A stretch of DNA of 64,000 nt, taken from the IMG/VR virus record IMGVR_UViG_3300042887_005053, positions 124,001-188,000 of that record. One strand, given 5' to 3'. The position numbers were made by a program, and so were the translations under genes. This document shows positions 39,567 through 50,837 of this stretch, piece after piece. The notes under the pieces are model-generated. The model was not told the DNA's origin. It searched no databases and saw only the letters and a list, made by a program, of their open reading frames with translations. Position 1 is the first letter of the stretch. Each line of letters starts with the position of its first letter.

Positions 39567-41129
39567 ATGACGAATTCCGATTTAAACAAAGACACTAGAT
39601 GGATAGAAAAAAACTATCCATCTTTTTTTTGTGATATTAGTAACTACACTAGTATAGATATTCCTTGGAAAGAAAAATATTTTTGGAGTGTTAATGGAAT
39701 CAAGGATAAACCTAAATGTACAATCTGTGATAATGAACTAAAATTTTTGTCTATAAAAAAGGGTTATACTAAATTCTGTTCTAGAAAATGCACGGCCATT
39801 GGCACTATCGATAAGAAAAAAAATACTTGTATTCAAAAATATGGTGTTGATAATCCAATGAAATCCGAGATGATAAAGGATAAGTTTGATAAACTAATAA
39901 CTGAAAAGTATGGTGTATCAAACATCTCAAAATTATTAGACACAAAGGATAAAAAGAAAAATACTATGTTGTTGAATTATGGTGTTGAGTATAATTCACA
40001 AAGAGATGAGGTTAAGAGTTTACTTTCAGAAAAAATGGTTCAAAAGTCAAGTGAAATGAACTATAAAAGATCACTTCAAATATTTGAAAATCTTAATAAA
40101 AAAATAGAAATGTTTGATATTAAATTAGTATCAGTCAAATCATCTAATTATCAGTTTGAATGTTTTAATTGTGGTGAAGTTTTTGCCATACATAAAAACA
40201 CTCTTAATGATAGAATACGAAATCAAAACACAATTTGTACAATATGTAATAAAATTGACAACACATCTAATTCACAGGAGATAATTTTGGATTTTATTAA
40301 ATCGATTTATAACGGTCCTATAAAATCAAATGATAGACATTTAGGATTTGAGTTAGATATATATTTACCAGAGTTAAAAATAGCATTTGAATATAACGGT
40401 GTGTACTGGCATTCAGATGAATTCAAAGATAAAAAATATCATTTTAACAAGACTAAAATGTGTAGTGAGAATGGTATAAAACTAATTCATATTTGGGAAG
40501 ATTTCTTCATATCAAAGAGAAATATAGTTTTGTCAAGAATATCTAATCTTCTTGGAAACAGTAAAAGAGTTCACGGAAGAAATTGTAAAGTTTCATTTAT
40601 TAGTAATGACGAGTATGTAAAGTTTATAGAAGAAAACCATCTACAGGGTTATGTAGTATCAAAATACAGAATAGGAATTTATTACAATAATGATTTATAC
40701 GGTGTTATGTCTTTTGGTGGTCTTAGAAAAGCACTCGGTCAAAAAAGTGAGAGTGGAACTTATGAGTTATTGAGGTTTTGTAACAAAAATGGATATACTA
40801 TTGTTGGTGGAGCATCTAAGATGTTGAATTTTTTTATTAAGAATATTTGTCCAAATAAAATAATTAGTTATGCTGATAAATCTTGGTCATCCGGTAGTAT
40901 TTATTATAGGTTAGGTTTTAGATTTGATTCTGAGACTGCTCCTAATTATTATTACATAAAAAATGGAGTTAGATACAACAGATTTTCCTTTAGAAAAGAT
41001 ATTTTAGTTAGAAATGGAGAAAACAGTTCTTTGTCTGAGTCTGAGATTATGAGAAAGAATAAATATTACAAAATATATGACTCTGGTAATTACAAATTTA
41101 TTTGGGAAAATAAAAATCCAATCATTTGA
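39567..41129 (+). mobile_element. Free-standing Hef-like homing endonuclease
   Basis: 520 aa. CxxC...CSxKC knuckle, KYGV repeats, CxxC..CxxC, ELDIYLPELKIAFEYNGVYWHS PD-(D/E)XK-like core, then NHLQG...YELLRFC...DSG C-terminal domain. Paralog of 49043..50740. Confidence 0.75.
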
Positions 41130-41139
41130 TTGGATTTTT
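41112..41139. terminator. Bidirectional intrinsic terminator
   Basis: aaaaatccaatc-attt-gattggattttt at the convergence of the endonuclease and gp51-like gene. Confidence 0.8.
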
Positions 41140-41146
41140 TTAGATA

Positions 41147-41395
41147 TTATTTAAATTTATTCATCATACTATTCATCGAACTCATGTAAGAGTTTGGATT
41201 GAAGTTTGGTGTATTTTTACCTTGGTCTTCTTCTTGTTTCTTCTTTTGTTTTTCTTCTTCTTCTGTTATCTCATTAACAATTTTGATGTTTTCTTCAAGC
41301 ATCCAGAATGGCCAACTATCTATTGCGGATTCTTGTAGATGATAGTTTTTTTGAAGTAATAGTTTATTCTTCAATAAATTGGTCAAATGCGTCAT
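41147..41395 (-). CDS. gp51: Baseplate hub assembly protein (T4 gp51-like)
   Basis: LLLQKNYHLQE..IDSWPFW.LE..I..V.E..EEE resembles gp51/tail-chaperone C-parts. ATG at 41395 overlaps the gp26-like stop. Confidence 0.55.
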   Translation of the reverse strand: MTHLTNLLKNKLLLQKNYHLQESAIDSWPFWMLEENIKIVNEITEEEEKQKKKQEEDQGKNTPNFNPNSYMSSMNSMMNKFK

Positions 41396-42305
41396 GAACA
41401 ACGAAAATAGCTGACGGTCCGTCGGGAAAGATCATATCCGTGTGTACCTCCAGGCCACACGAACATTTTTTAACCAATTTCTCGATACCAAAACTCATCT
41501 TATCGACTGCTGAGTTCAAGAATTGGAAAGAAATATCATCCATTTTGTCGTATTCTGCTAATTTAGATTTAATTCCATCCAAAGTAATTGATGTTCTATC
41601 ATATAATAAGAAAGGAATAATTTTCAAGAATGAAAGATTTGGTTTTCTTTTCTCTGAGTTTTCTTGAATAATATACTCTGTGAAACTTTTTTGTAAACCA
41701 ATTGTTGGTGGTGCAAGATGGTAAGATTTACCATTTTTAAGTGTAAATTTAAAAGAATAACTTTGTGGGTCAAAGTATTTTACAATCTTTTGATCAATTT
41801 CAAACTTTATAAAGTTTTCTCTTTTAAGTTCTACTTGGATTTCGCTATTACAAGTACAAGTTGTCTTAGTAGTAAGAGAAGAACCTTGTTGGAAGGTAAG
41901 TTCTCTGATTAGGAAAATTAGGTAATATCTGTCTGGGTCACGAATTTCAATATAACTTCCTATTCTACCATCTAAATATTTAACTCTAACACAAGCAGCA
42001 AGCATATCATTCATTTTTTCAACAATATCGTAGAAATTATTATCATCGACCATCGAATACGCTTGAATTTCTTTTACTTGGGCTGGTCTGACTTGAATTG
42101 TAGTTCCTGCTGGGTAGAATATGCCACAAGGAAATTCTTTAACATCAAAAGCAAAATATTGTAGTTCTGAAGTTCTTGTATTTTCTACTTGTACGGAATT
42201 TTGTGGTTGTTGATATGTTTGCTGAGTTGTTTTATTTTCGATTCCTTCGAGATGTTTTCTAAGATATTCTTCTTCGGAAAGTTGTGCTTTATTTTGATCA
42301 GACAT
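41364..42305 (-). CDS. gp26: Baseplate hub subunit / tail assembly chaperone (T4 gp26-like)
   Basis: 313 aa. VRPAQVKE, DRYYLIFLIR.LT, CxC, PPTIG and C-terminal CxC follow the gp26-family pattern. Confidence 0.7.
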   Translation of the reverse strand: MSDQNKAQLSEEEYLRKHLEGIENKTTQQTYQQPQNSVQVENTRTSELQYFAFDVKEFPCGIFYPAGTTIQVRPAQVKEIQAYSMVDDNNFYDIVEKMNDMLAACVRVKYLDGRIGSYIEIRDPDRYYLIFLIRELTFQQGSSLTTKTTCTCNSEIQVELKRENFIKFEIDQKIVKYFDPQSYSFKFTLKNGKSYHLAPPTIGLQKSFTEYIIQENSEKRKPNLSFLKIIPFLLYDRTSITLDGIKSKLAEYDKMDDISFQFLNSAVDKMSFGIEKLVKKCSCGLEVHTDMIFPDGPSAIFVVHDAFDQFIEE

Positions 42306-42373
42306 AAAGTTGTAATATTTTTTATTAAAATATATATTACAACCTCATGTCTCTCCTTTGAAATTTCAAAAAT

Positions 42374-45300
42374 TTAGATAGATGTATAAGTTACTCTACT
42401 CCAAGTAGCGGTCGTACCTCTATAAAAATTGAGTGTTTCTTGATCAGTATTATATACCGTCAGTCCATCGGCGGGACTCGAAATTGCTAGTATTTGAGCG
42501 GTCGTGAGTCTTGGTAACAATATACCCTGTGAGTCAGAGGTGAAATTTACTAAAGTAGTATTTGTATCACCAGTTTGTTTATTGACTGTCAACATCGCTG
42601 AGGGTGATTGTGTACCAACACCAAAGTAACCCTGTGAATTCACATTAATTCTTTGTTGACCAGAGCCATTGGCAATTATAATCGAGTTTGTGATTCCGGG
42701 TGGTAAATTCACTCTAGCTCCGATTACCGTATTATTAAAGTTTGAATTTGCTGATGTTGTTATTCCAAATCCAATGTAGGTATTGTTTGATCCAAATGTC
42801 ATACCAACGGGTACACCAATACCGATATTACCTCCAATAAGAGTATTGAAACTACCGGAAGCTAAACCAGCACCTGAGATAGCTCCTATATAGGTATTAT
42901 CGGTATCCGTCCAATCAGGTGATATTGAGGATGAAATTGCACCACCAGCACTGGCTCCTGCCATAAAACCAATAGCTGTATTTCTTGTTCCTTTACCCAA
43001 ACTTTTAAGTGATTCCGCACCAACACCAACATTATACGAACCGGTCGCTAATAACATGGTGTTATGTCCAAGTGCTAAGTTGTTATCACCTATTCTATTA
43101 ATCGAAAGTGCGAAATATCCGATGGCTATATTTCTATATCCGGTTGTATTCGCTATTAAAGCGGCTCGGCCTATCCCAACATTAAACGATGCGTTTGAGT
43201 TTGAAGTATTGTCGACGTTATTTCGGAGTGCTTGGTATCCGATGGCAATATTGTCTATTCCTATAGTGTTTTCTTGAAGAGCGCCCGATCCAATTGCAAT
43301 ATTTCTAATACCAACTGTATTTCTAAGTAAAGCACTTGTGCCTATTGCTATCGTATCTTCGCTGTAGGTCGAAGCTTGAAGTGCACTTGTGCCTATTGCA
43401 ATATTGTTAAAAGCATATCCGGTTGAGTTTGTCCCACTTAATCTACTTGGTGCGGATCCAAGATTATAACCAGCTCTCCATCCAATCGCAACATTGTTAA
43501 TACTATAAGAACCAAGTTGCATAGCTTGATATCCTACAGCCACATTTGCACTTGAGTTCAATGCGTTAGACATTGCTTCATAACCAACAGCAACTGACTG
43601 GCTACCCTGATTAAATTGTAATGTATAGTTACCTACACCTACTTGAAATGACGGATAATGTATTTGTGTCAATCCTGGCATTATAGCCGAAGCTGTGACT
43701 GAGCTATACATTTGCATGGATCTATATCCAATCGATAAGTTTTCATTTGGTGGTCTTCTGAAATTAACTGTTGAAGTTGTTGCCCAGTCGACTGTATCTG
43801 TTCCTGCAACAACCGCAAGTTGCGGTATACCCATATAATATTGAGACTCACCTCCTATTGCAATATTGTTAAAAGCATATCCGGTTGAGTTTGTCCCACT
43901 TAATCTACTTGGTGCGGATCCAAGATTATAACCAGCTCTCCATCCAATCGCAACATTGTTAATACTATAAGAACCAAGTTGCATAGCTTGATATCCTATA
44001 GCCACATTTGCACTTGAGTTCAATGCGTTAGCCATTGCTTGATAACCAACTGCTGTTGATTGACTACCCTGATTAAATTGTAATGTATAATTACCTACAC
44101 CTACTTGAAATGCTGGATAATGTATTTGTGTCAATCCTGGCATTATATTCGAAGCTGTGACAACGCTATACATCGCCATGGATTTATATCCAATCGATAA
44201 GTTTTCATTTGGTGGTCTTCTGAAATTAACTGTTGAAGTTGTTGCCCAGTCGACTGTATCTGTTCCTGCAACGACCGCAAGTTGCGGTATACCCATATAA
44301 TATTGAGACTCACCTCCTATTGCTACATTGAAACTACTATTAGTAGCGTTACCGAGTGCATAACCACCAATCGCCACATTCCAACTACCCGACAGACTTT
44401 GAAACAAACTTTCATATCCCATTGAGACATTATTACTTCCTCGTAGAAAATATCCTGAGTTTCCACCTATAGTTATATTATTAGCTCCACTAAGATTAGA
44501 TGCTTGTGATTGAACACCGATCGCGACATTGTTACTACCGGGATTACCAGCATTTAGAGTATTTAATCCTATTGCTACATTCCCATTCGTTGTTTGAACA
44601 CCATTTCCAGCATTTGAACCAAGTGCTGTGTTATTTATACCGGTTGTCAAATTTTGTAATGATCTCCATCCGATACCTACATTGTGACCATCTTGTCCTG
44701 AATATCTTTCAAGTGCACTATGACCAATTGCAATAGTTCTACTAGCCATTGTTGCGGTGTGTAATGTGAAGTTGCCAATTGCGACATTGAAGTTTGCTTG
44801 TGATGTATTATTCGCTACTGATCCAAATAAATTGTTTAAATCAAAGTTACGTATAGAACCCAAGTTATAACCCGCTCTAAATCCAATAGCGACATTGTTC
44901 GTACTATGAGATCCAAATGACAAAGCCTCACCACCAATTGCTGTGTTTCTGAATCCAGTAACATTATTTTGCATTGCCGCATAACCAATTGAAGTGTTGA
45001 AACCTTTAGCTCTAGTCCTTTCTCCAAACGATGCGTAGGAAGTCAAAACTCCATCTCCCTTAGACCAACCTATTGTTGAATATGTTGTTCCTTGGTTATT
45101 CTGTAGTGCAAAATTACCAATTGCGACATTATATGAAGATGAAACTGTATATGTCAAACCAAACCAAAAAGATCCTGTAGTTCCCTCAAATGCTCTATAA
45201 CCTATTGCCAAGTTATTAGAAGATGGTGTTATACCCGCCCATCTTGAGTCATAGAATCCCATGTATCTATGTGTCCACTGACCAATACCAATATTTTGAT

Positions 45301-48300
45301 TGTAGTTTGATAAAAAGTTAGTAGAGTCTGATCCTGTCGCTATATTACCAACTGGGTTACCACTTTCGTGTCCAATAAATATGTTAGAACTACCGTTACT
45401 ATACATGTTTGAACTATTTCCAATCGTAACATTGAAACTTCCTTGAGTACCACCAAAAGAAGAGTTATACCCTATTGCAAAGTTTTGTATACCTGTTCTG
45501 TTTTGATTAAGTGCTTGATAACCAATTGCTGTATTTTGTGAGGTCGCCACTGGATTATTAAATTGTAAAGCTGCATATCCAATTGCAACATTACCCAAGG
45601 TTGTTGACGAATTACCAGCATTGTTAGCTGAATGACCAATTACAACATTTTGTCTACCAGTCGTATTTTGTTGTAGTGCTCCGTAACCAATTGCTACGTT
45701 ATATTCCTCCGGATTTGCCGATCCACTAAATCTTTGATTTTGAAGTGCGAAATCTCCGATAGCTATATTAAATCGACTCGCGGTTGAAAGTTGAAGTGCT
45801 CTGTATCCAATAGCGATATTATTTCCACCAAGTGATGCTGTAGAAGTAAGATTCCTCCAAACACTATTCATGTTTAGCATCGATTCTCTACCTATTGCAA
45901 TATTCTTTCCAAGTTGCCAGGTATCATTAAGACCAGCATCGACACCAATTGAAACACTATCGTTCTCTGATACAAAATGTCTCTTCCCATCACCACTTGA
46001 AATCATAACCATTCCAGTCAGTGGGTTACCGACCGCGCCTCCCTGATCGCCTGGTGACACACCAAATGCATTAGGTATTGCTAGGATACTACTGGCTGTG
46101 TTTACTAAGTATGTTCTAAGATCTTGGTTTCCGCCTATTATCGTGTTATTATTTGACTGTGAGGCTGGTAGTATATTGATGCCCAAAAAGGTATTATTCG
46201 AAATATTGTAAAGGCCGTTAAAGTTTAACCCTATACCAGCAGATCCAGATATGATTAAGTTTTTGTCAGATCTTATACCAAAGTTCTGAACATTGAAACC
46301 TATACCGATGTTGTCGTTTCCAGATGTCAATCCAGCTATAGACCCATACCCAATACCAATGTTTCTACTTCCAAATTTCAAACTATTCATAGATTGACCA
46401 CCAATCGAGGTGTTAAAACTACCGGTAGCATTATTAAAAAGTGAGTTATAACCAAGTGCCAAATTGTATACACCTCCGTCATTGTAAGCAGCTGCTTGGA
46501 ATCCTATTGCGACATTAAAGGAATTACTACCAGCTCCAAGTGCGTTGTAACCTACTGCAACATTACCGAAGCCATTTGTGTTGGTGTATAATGCTCCGTA
46601 GCCTATACCTACATTATAGTACCCAATTGTTTGGTTATATAAAGCATAATTACCGATTGCGACATTCTGCCCAAGTGGATTTCTGTTATTATAGAGAGAA
46701 TTCCAACCTATTGATAAGTTATCACTACTTGAAGTTCCTACTCTTTGAGAGTCAAGTCCAATAGATATATTCCTGTTACCAAGAGTGTTAGATCTTTGGG
46801 AAAAATTACCGATTGCTATATTATTATCAGCGGCTGTCGCTGAAAGTAGTGAAGAATTACCTATGGCAATACTATTAGAACCAATAGTCAAACTACTTAG
46901 CGCATTATTACCAATTGCAATATTATCGGGTGTTGAGCTTGTTCTAAGTGAATTTACCCCTATTCCTATATTATTATCTGGGTTACCAGATGATAAACTA
47001 TTATAACCGATTGCAATACTTTGACTACCGGTCAAATTAGATCTTAGTGTATTATTACCTATACCAATATTTGTGGGTGATAAAGTATCCTTTAGTGATT
47101 CAAATCCAATTGCAACATTATTGAATGAAAATGTCATGCCATTTTCGAGAGCTTTCCATCCAATACCTATACTTTGTGTAGCTGCTGTGTTTTTCCAAAG
47201 AGTGTGATATCCAATACCAATGTTATACTTACTTGTGGAATCTTTTAATGATTCATATCCTATCGCTACATTTCCTTCACTTGTACTTGTATAATTCAAG
47301 AGAGCTTTGTGTCCAATACCAATGTTATATGTTCCACTATTATTATTTCCACCCAAGGCGGTATATCCTAAAGCTAAATTACCGTTTACTTCATCAAATA
47401 AATAAGATCCATTAATTTGAAAAACTCGACTCGAAAGAGGAAAAGTGAAGTTATCGAAGAATACATCACCTTTAACTCTAAGAGTATTAGAATCAAATTT
47501 ATAGTTTGGTGATGAATTAGTATATCCAATTAATATTGAACCAGATACTCCTTGATAAATTACACTAGCTGTTAGTGTTGATACTCCTTCAAATAGTGCA
47601 ACAAAACTTGGTGTTCCAAAGGCTGTAGCATTTCCTATAGCACTAAATGTAGTCCAATTACCATATCCGTTTGAATCAGATATTAAAAATTTACCAGATC
47701 CTTGATTGCCATCATTCAACCTGAATGAGTAAGTATCGCCCGAAATGAACAACTTAGCTGAGTTAGATGTTGTTCCTACTGATATATTACCACTGTTAAA
47801 GACAATAAGACTTGGATTACCATTTGAGTAAATATCTAAGTCAGCAGCGTAAGATCCACTATATGTTGAAGTAATATTGCTATTTATTCTTAGTGAACTA
47901 ATTGTTTGTGTTTCACCGATTGAAACCAAATTTGTGGTTAAATTAAGTCCAAATTGTGTATTGGATGATGTTGATACTACAGCAGTTGGGTTAATCAGAA
48001 CTTTAGAAGTATTTGAAGATTGAGTAAAAATACCTAGTATTTCTTCGTTTGACTGTGTGATGAATCCAAAGTCCAAATAAATTGAATCATCTATTGTAGA
48101 ATTTATTTTAACATTAGGATCTAATTTAATTGAATTAGTTCTTGGACTAATCTGTATACCATTTGTTAAACCAATTATTGCATTTTGTGATAAAGTGAAC
48201 GATGAAACATCTTGATTACTTGTAATCAAAACTAAATCACTATAATTACCTGAGTATGTAGATGTGATCTCGATTTTACTCTGTGGGTTATAATTTGAAA

Positions 48301-48997
48301 TTATCAAATTACCGTCAGAAGTAAATCTATATGAATTAGAAAAAGTTTCTCCAATCACATCACCACTTTGCAAAAATAGAATATTTTCCGATTGTGTTAA
48401 AGACGAATGTATAAATAATTTACCAAGAGTGCTGTTTGTACCAATTGAGATGTCGCCATTTGCACTTATGTTAAATAAGTAAGGGTTACTTTGTGTTCCA
48501 AAACTTAATTCATCTAGGTTGAATAGAAATCTAGTTCTTTCGTTATTTAAATCACCTTCGAAAGTGAGTGGATATAAATTATAGTCGTTACTAAAAGTCT
48601 CACCGAATCCGATTATTCCTTTTGAAACAATTGCAGAATGACTAGTTGCGCTAATGATTCTTATTAAATGGTCTGATGTTCCTATTTTCAGAGTGCCGAA
48701 TGAAGATTGTGAGTCTGTGCCTCCTATGACAACTGAGTCAATATTTGAAGATGTTTGAAAGTCGTTAAAGTAAGTTGTTTGAGAACCACTTATTAAAAAA
48801 ATATTACCACCATCAGTACTGACCCTAATACCATACTTATCTGAATCATTTTTGATATAAAGGTTATCAGATTGTGAGTAAATAGGTTCTCCAATTGATA
48901 GATTTTTATATATGTAAGTATATCCACTTGTAACACCAAGTGCTTGTGAATCAGATCCAGTTCCAGTTATGAAAAGACTATTGAGTACTTTTGTCAT
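42374..48997 (-). CDS. Giant repeat fibre/adhesin (2207 aa) with dozens of ~17-aa N-x-A-I-G repeats
   Basis: N(I/V)AIG..(A/S)L beta-roll repeats over about 1500 aa. Paralog of 14310..18317. C-terminal GILLPRLTTAQILAISSPADGLTVYNTD motif typical of Bacteroidota/phage fibres. Confidence 0.8.
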   Translation of the reverse strand: MTKVLNSLFITGTGSDSQALGVTSGYTYIYKNLSIGEPIYSQSDNLYIKNDSDKYGIRVSTDGGNIFLISGSQTTYFNDFQTSSNIDSVVIGGTDSQSSFGTLKIGTSDHLIRIISATSHSAIVSKGIIGFGETFSNDYNLYPLTFEGDLNNERTRFLFNLDELSFGTQSNPYLFNISANGDISIGTNSTLGKLFIHSSLTQSENILFLQSGDVIGETFSNSYRFTSDGNLIISNYNPQSKIEITSTYSGNYSDLVLITSNQDVSSFTLSQNAIIGLTNGIQISPRTNSIKLDPNVKINSTIDDSIYLDFGFITQSNEEILGIFTQSSNTSKVLINPTAVVSTSSNTQFGLNLTTNLVSIGETQTISSLRINSNITSTYSGSYAADLDIYSNGNPSLIVFNSGNISVGTTSNSAKLFISGDTYSFRLNDGNQGSGKFLISDSNGYGNWTTFSAIGNATAFGTPSFVALFEGVSTLTASVIYQGVSGSILIGYTNSSPNYKFDSNTLRVKGDVFFDNFTFPLSSRVFQINGSYLFDEVNGNLALGYTALGGNNNSGTYNIGIGHKALLNYTSTSEGNVAIGYESLKDSTSKYNIGIGYHTLWKNTAATQSIGIGWKALENGMTFSFNNVAIGFESLKDTLSPTNIGIGNNTLRSNLTGSQSIAIGYNSLSSGNPDNNIGIGVNSLRTSSTPDNIAIGNNALSSLTIGSNSIAIGNSSLLSATAADNNIAIGNFSQRSNTLGNRNISIGLDSQRVGTSSSDNLSIGWNSLYNNRNPLGQNVAIGNYALYNQTIGYYNVGIGYGALYTNTNGFGNVAVGYNALGAGSNSFNVAIGFQAAAYNDGGVYNLALGYNSLFNNATGSFNTSIGGQSMNSLKFGSRNIGIGYGSIAGLTSGNDNIGIGFNVQNFGIRSDKNLIISGSAGIGLNFNGLYNISNNTFLGINILPASQSNNNTIIGGNQDLRTYLVNTASSILAIPNAFGVSPGDQGGAVGNPLTGMVMISSGDGKRHFVSENDSVSIGVDAGLNDTWQLGKNIAIGRESMLNMNSVWRNLTSTASLGGNNIAIGYRALQLSTASRFNIAIGDFALQNQRFSGSANPEEYNVAIGYGALQQNTTGRQNVVIGHSANNAGNSSTTLGNVAIGYAALQFNNPVATSQNTAIGYQALNQNRTGIQNFAIGYNSSFGGTQGSFNVTIGNSSNMYSNGSSNIFIGHESGNPVGNIATGSDSTNFLSNYNQNIGIGQWTHRYMGFYDSRWAGITPSSNNLAIGYRAFEGTTGSFWFGLTYTVSSSYNVAIGNFALQNNQGTTYSTIGWSKGDGVLTSYASFGERTRAKGFNTSIGYAAMQNNVTGFRNTAIGGEALSFGSHSTNNVAIGFRAGYNLGSIRNFDLNNLFGSVANNTSQANFNVAIGNFTLHTATMASRTIAIGHSALERYSGQDGHNVGIGWRSLQNLTTGINNTALGSNAGNGVQTTNGNVAIGLNTLNAGNPGSNNVAIGVQSQASNLSGANNITIGGNSGYFLRGSNNVSMGYESLFQSLSGSWNVAIGGYALGNATNSSFNVAIGGESQYYMGIPQLAVVAGTDTVDWATTSTVNFRRPPNENLSIGYKSMAMYSVVTASNIMPGLTQIHYPAFQVGVGNYTLQFNQGSQSTAVGYQAMANALNSSANVAIGYQAMQLGSYSINNVAIGWRAGYNLGSAPSRLSGTNSTGYAFNNIAIGGESQYYMGIPQLAVVAGTDTVDWATTSTVNFRRPPNENLSIGYRSMQMYSSVTASAIMPGLTQIHYPSFQVGVGNYTLQFNQGSQSVAVGYEAMSNALNSSANVAVGYQAMQLGSYSINNVAIGWRAGYNLGSAPSRLSGTNSTGYAFNNIAIGTSALQASTYSEDTIAIGTSALLRNTVGIRNIAIGSGALQENTIGIDNIAIGYQALRNNVDNTSNSNASFNVGIGRAALIANTTGYRNIAIGYFALSINRIGDNNLALGHNTMLLATGSYNVGVGAESLKSLGKGTRNTAIGFMAGASAGGAISSSISPDWTDTDNTYIGAISGAGLASGSFNTLIGGNIGIGVPVGMTFGSNNTYIGFGITTSANSNFNNTVIGARVNLPPGITNSIIIANGSGQQRINVNSQGYFGVGTQSPSAMLTVNKQTGDTNTTLVNFTSDSQGILLPRLTTAQILAISSPADGLTVYNTDQETLNFYRGTTATWSRVTYTSI
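43392..44323. repeat. Direct tandem duplication, 462-bp unit (154 aa) x2
   Basis: Units start at 43392 and 43854 (cctattgcaatattgttaaaagc...). About 22 mismatches counted by eye (~95% identity). Confidence 0.95.
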
Positions 48998-49042
48998 TTA
49001 ATATATTAAAGATTTTCTCTTCTATATATTAAAATGAGTTAC

Positions 49043-50740
49043 TCAACTTTGGTAATTTAGTACCCATTTTTTATTACCACCATTATAAATTTTAGGGAAG
49101 TTAAGTTCACTCATTATTTCTTCTTCTGTTTTATCTGGATCGAATCCCATTTTAACAAGTTTTTGTTTTCTCCAGTTGTATCTGTGACTTCTAATTCCAT
49201 TAATCAAATACCAATATCCCGGTTTTGAAGTATGTTTATATTTGAATCCCAATTTTTGATACAGGTCTCCTGTTGATATTAGATTGTCAGAGTATGTTTC
49301 AATAGTAATTGGATTGTTTTTATTGATGAAGTAATTAATTAGTTTTGAAGCACCTCCAATTATATTGGTGTATCTCTTGTTACAAAATCTAGTAAGTTCC
49401 CAGAAATCCTTTTTGTTGACTCCGCCAAGTGGTACTCTTAGTCTTGAGAAAGTCATTAGACTAATTAATTCATTTTGATAAAATAATCCAATTCTAACTG
49501 ATGACTTACAATCACCTTGTAAATGATTCTCATCTAAGAAATTTTTGGAATCATTGTAACTTACTTCTTTAATGATTGTTTTTCTTGCTCCTATACTATT
49601 AGACTTTTTTATTTTGTGTAGAATGAATGATTTGCACAAATCTCTCTTAGTAACCCAATCATCCTCCCAGATTGTGTAAAGTTTGATTTTGTTCTCCTCA
49701 GATAGTTGACTTTTCTTCAAATGATAATTAATCTCCTTAAATTTATCAGAATGCCAGAAAACACCATTGAATTCAAATCCTATTTTTAATTCCGGTAAAT
49801 ATATGTCTATTTCAAAAGGTTTTATAGTTTGTTTACAGTTTTCTATGATTTCACCATTATAATTTTCCTTTATGAAGTTATAAAGTTCGATTTGCCCAAT
49901 TGAAGAACTTTGAGATATAGGAAAACAATTCGTGCAAATTGGCGTAGAGTTATTTATTCGAAAATAAAATTGATAAGGAAGTATGTCAAATTTTTTAAGA
50001 CATTTTTTACAGTAGAAAATAAGATTTGTCGATATTTTCTTTTCAAAAGAAACAAATTCGTAATCAGATGATAAAGCATTTGATATTCTTTCTTTGTAAT
50101 TCTTATAGAAGTGTTCAATTGTTTTATCATGAATATTTTTGTTCATCCAAGGATGTTCAACTCCGTATTTTTCGATTGATGTATTCTTATATGACTCTTT
50201 GAAAGACTGAATGTTCAATTTGAAAGACTTGACTCTTTTATCTAGAATTTCTTTAGATTTTGATGGGTTATCAACTTTCCAATTTTTATGTAATGTTGTT
50301 TTTGATTTATCTTTAATTTCACTAGATGACATAGGTGAGTTACCACCATATTTTTTATTATTAGTTTCTTTGATTTTATTTTTTATTATGTCAGATTTAC
50401 TGGGACTAGTAGTTCCATATTTTTCTAATGATTTACTTTTCTTTAATTCAATTATGGATGGATCTGACGACATACACTTATTTGAGCAATACTTTAAAAA
50501 TCCAATATTTGAATTTTTATATTTTACCTTTTTATCACACGCAGGATGCTGACATTTTGGTATCTCTACTAAACTATTTAAACACAGATAAACTTTTTCC
50601 TTAAATGGTAATTCAACAATATTATATTTAGAGCAGTATTCAATAATGTATTCATACTCTTCTGGATAATTTTTAGACAAAAAAGATTCTTTTGAAAATC
50701 TACCAGATGGATCCGAGTCTGTGAATATTTCTAAATTCAT
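49043..50740 (-). mobile_element. Free-standing Hef-like homing endonuclease
   Basis: 565 aa, same architecture as 39567..41129 (KYG repeats, EIDIYLPELKIGFEFNGVFWHS, ENHLQG, WELTRFC). Own late motif at 50761-50769 downstream of the sheath terminator. Confidence 0.75.
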
Positions 50741-50793
50741 AAAAACATATTAATTTAACATATATATTAAAGACACCTAATTATGTTTAATAA

Positions 50794-50818
50794 AAAACCC
50801 TCAATAAATGAGGGTTTT
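50794..50818 (-). terminator. Intrinsic terminator after the sheath gene
   Basis: aaaaccctca-ataaa-tgagggtttt with an A-tract giving a U-tail on the minus strand. The stem is nearly the same as at 25063. Confidence 0.85.
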
Positions 50819-50837
50819 AATATTATTTTAGTTGAAT

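Noticed and set aside
39528-41129. Group I introns carrying the endonucleases
   Set aside because: The tube and sheath ORFs are complete, the endonuclease genes have their own promoter motifs, and the spacers are too short for a ribozyme core.
43392-44323. Diversity-generating retroelement TR/VR pair
   Set aside because: Mismatches are not restricted to adenines on either strand, both copies are in frame in the same gene, and no reverse transcriptase is present in the window.
42374-48997. Bacterial trimeric autotransporter adhesin (cellular origin)
   Set aside because: No signal peptide and no C-terminal membrane beta-barrel anchor. It sits among baseplate and sheath genes under the phage late motif.
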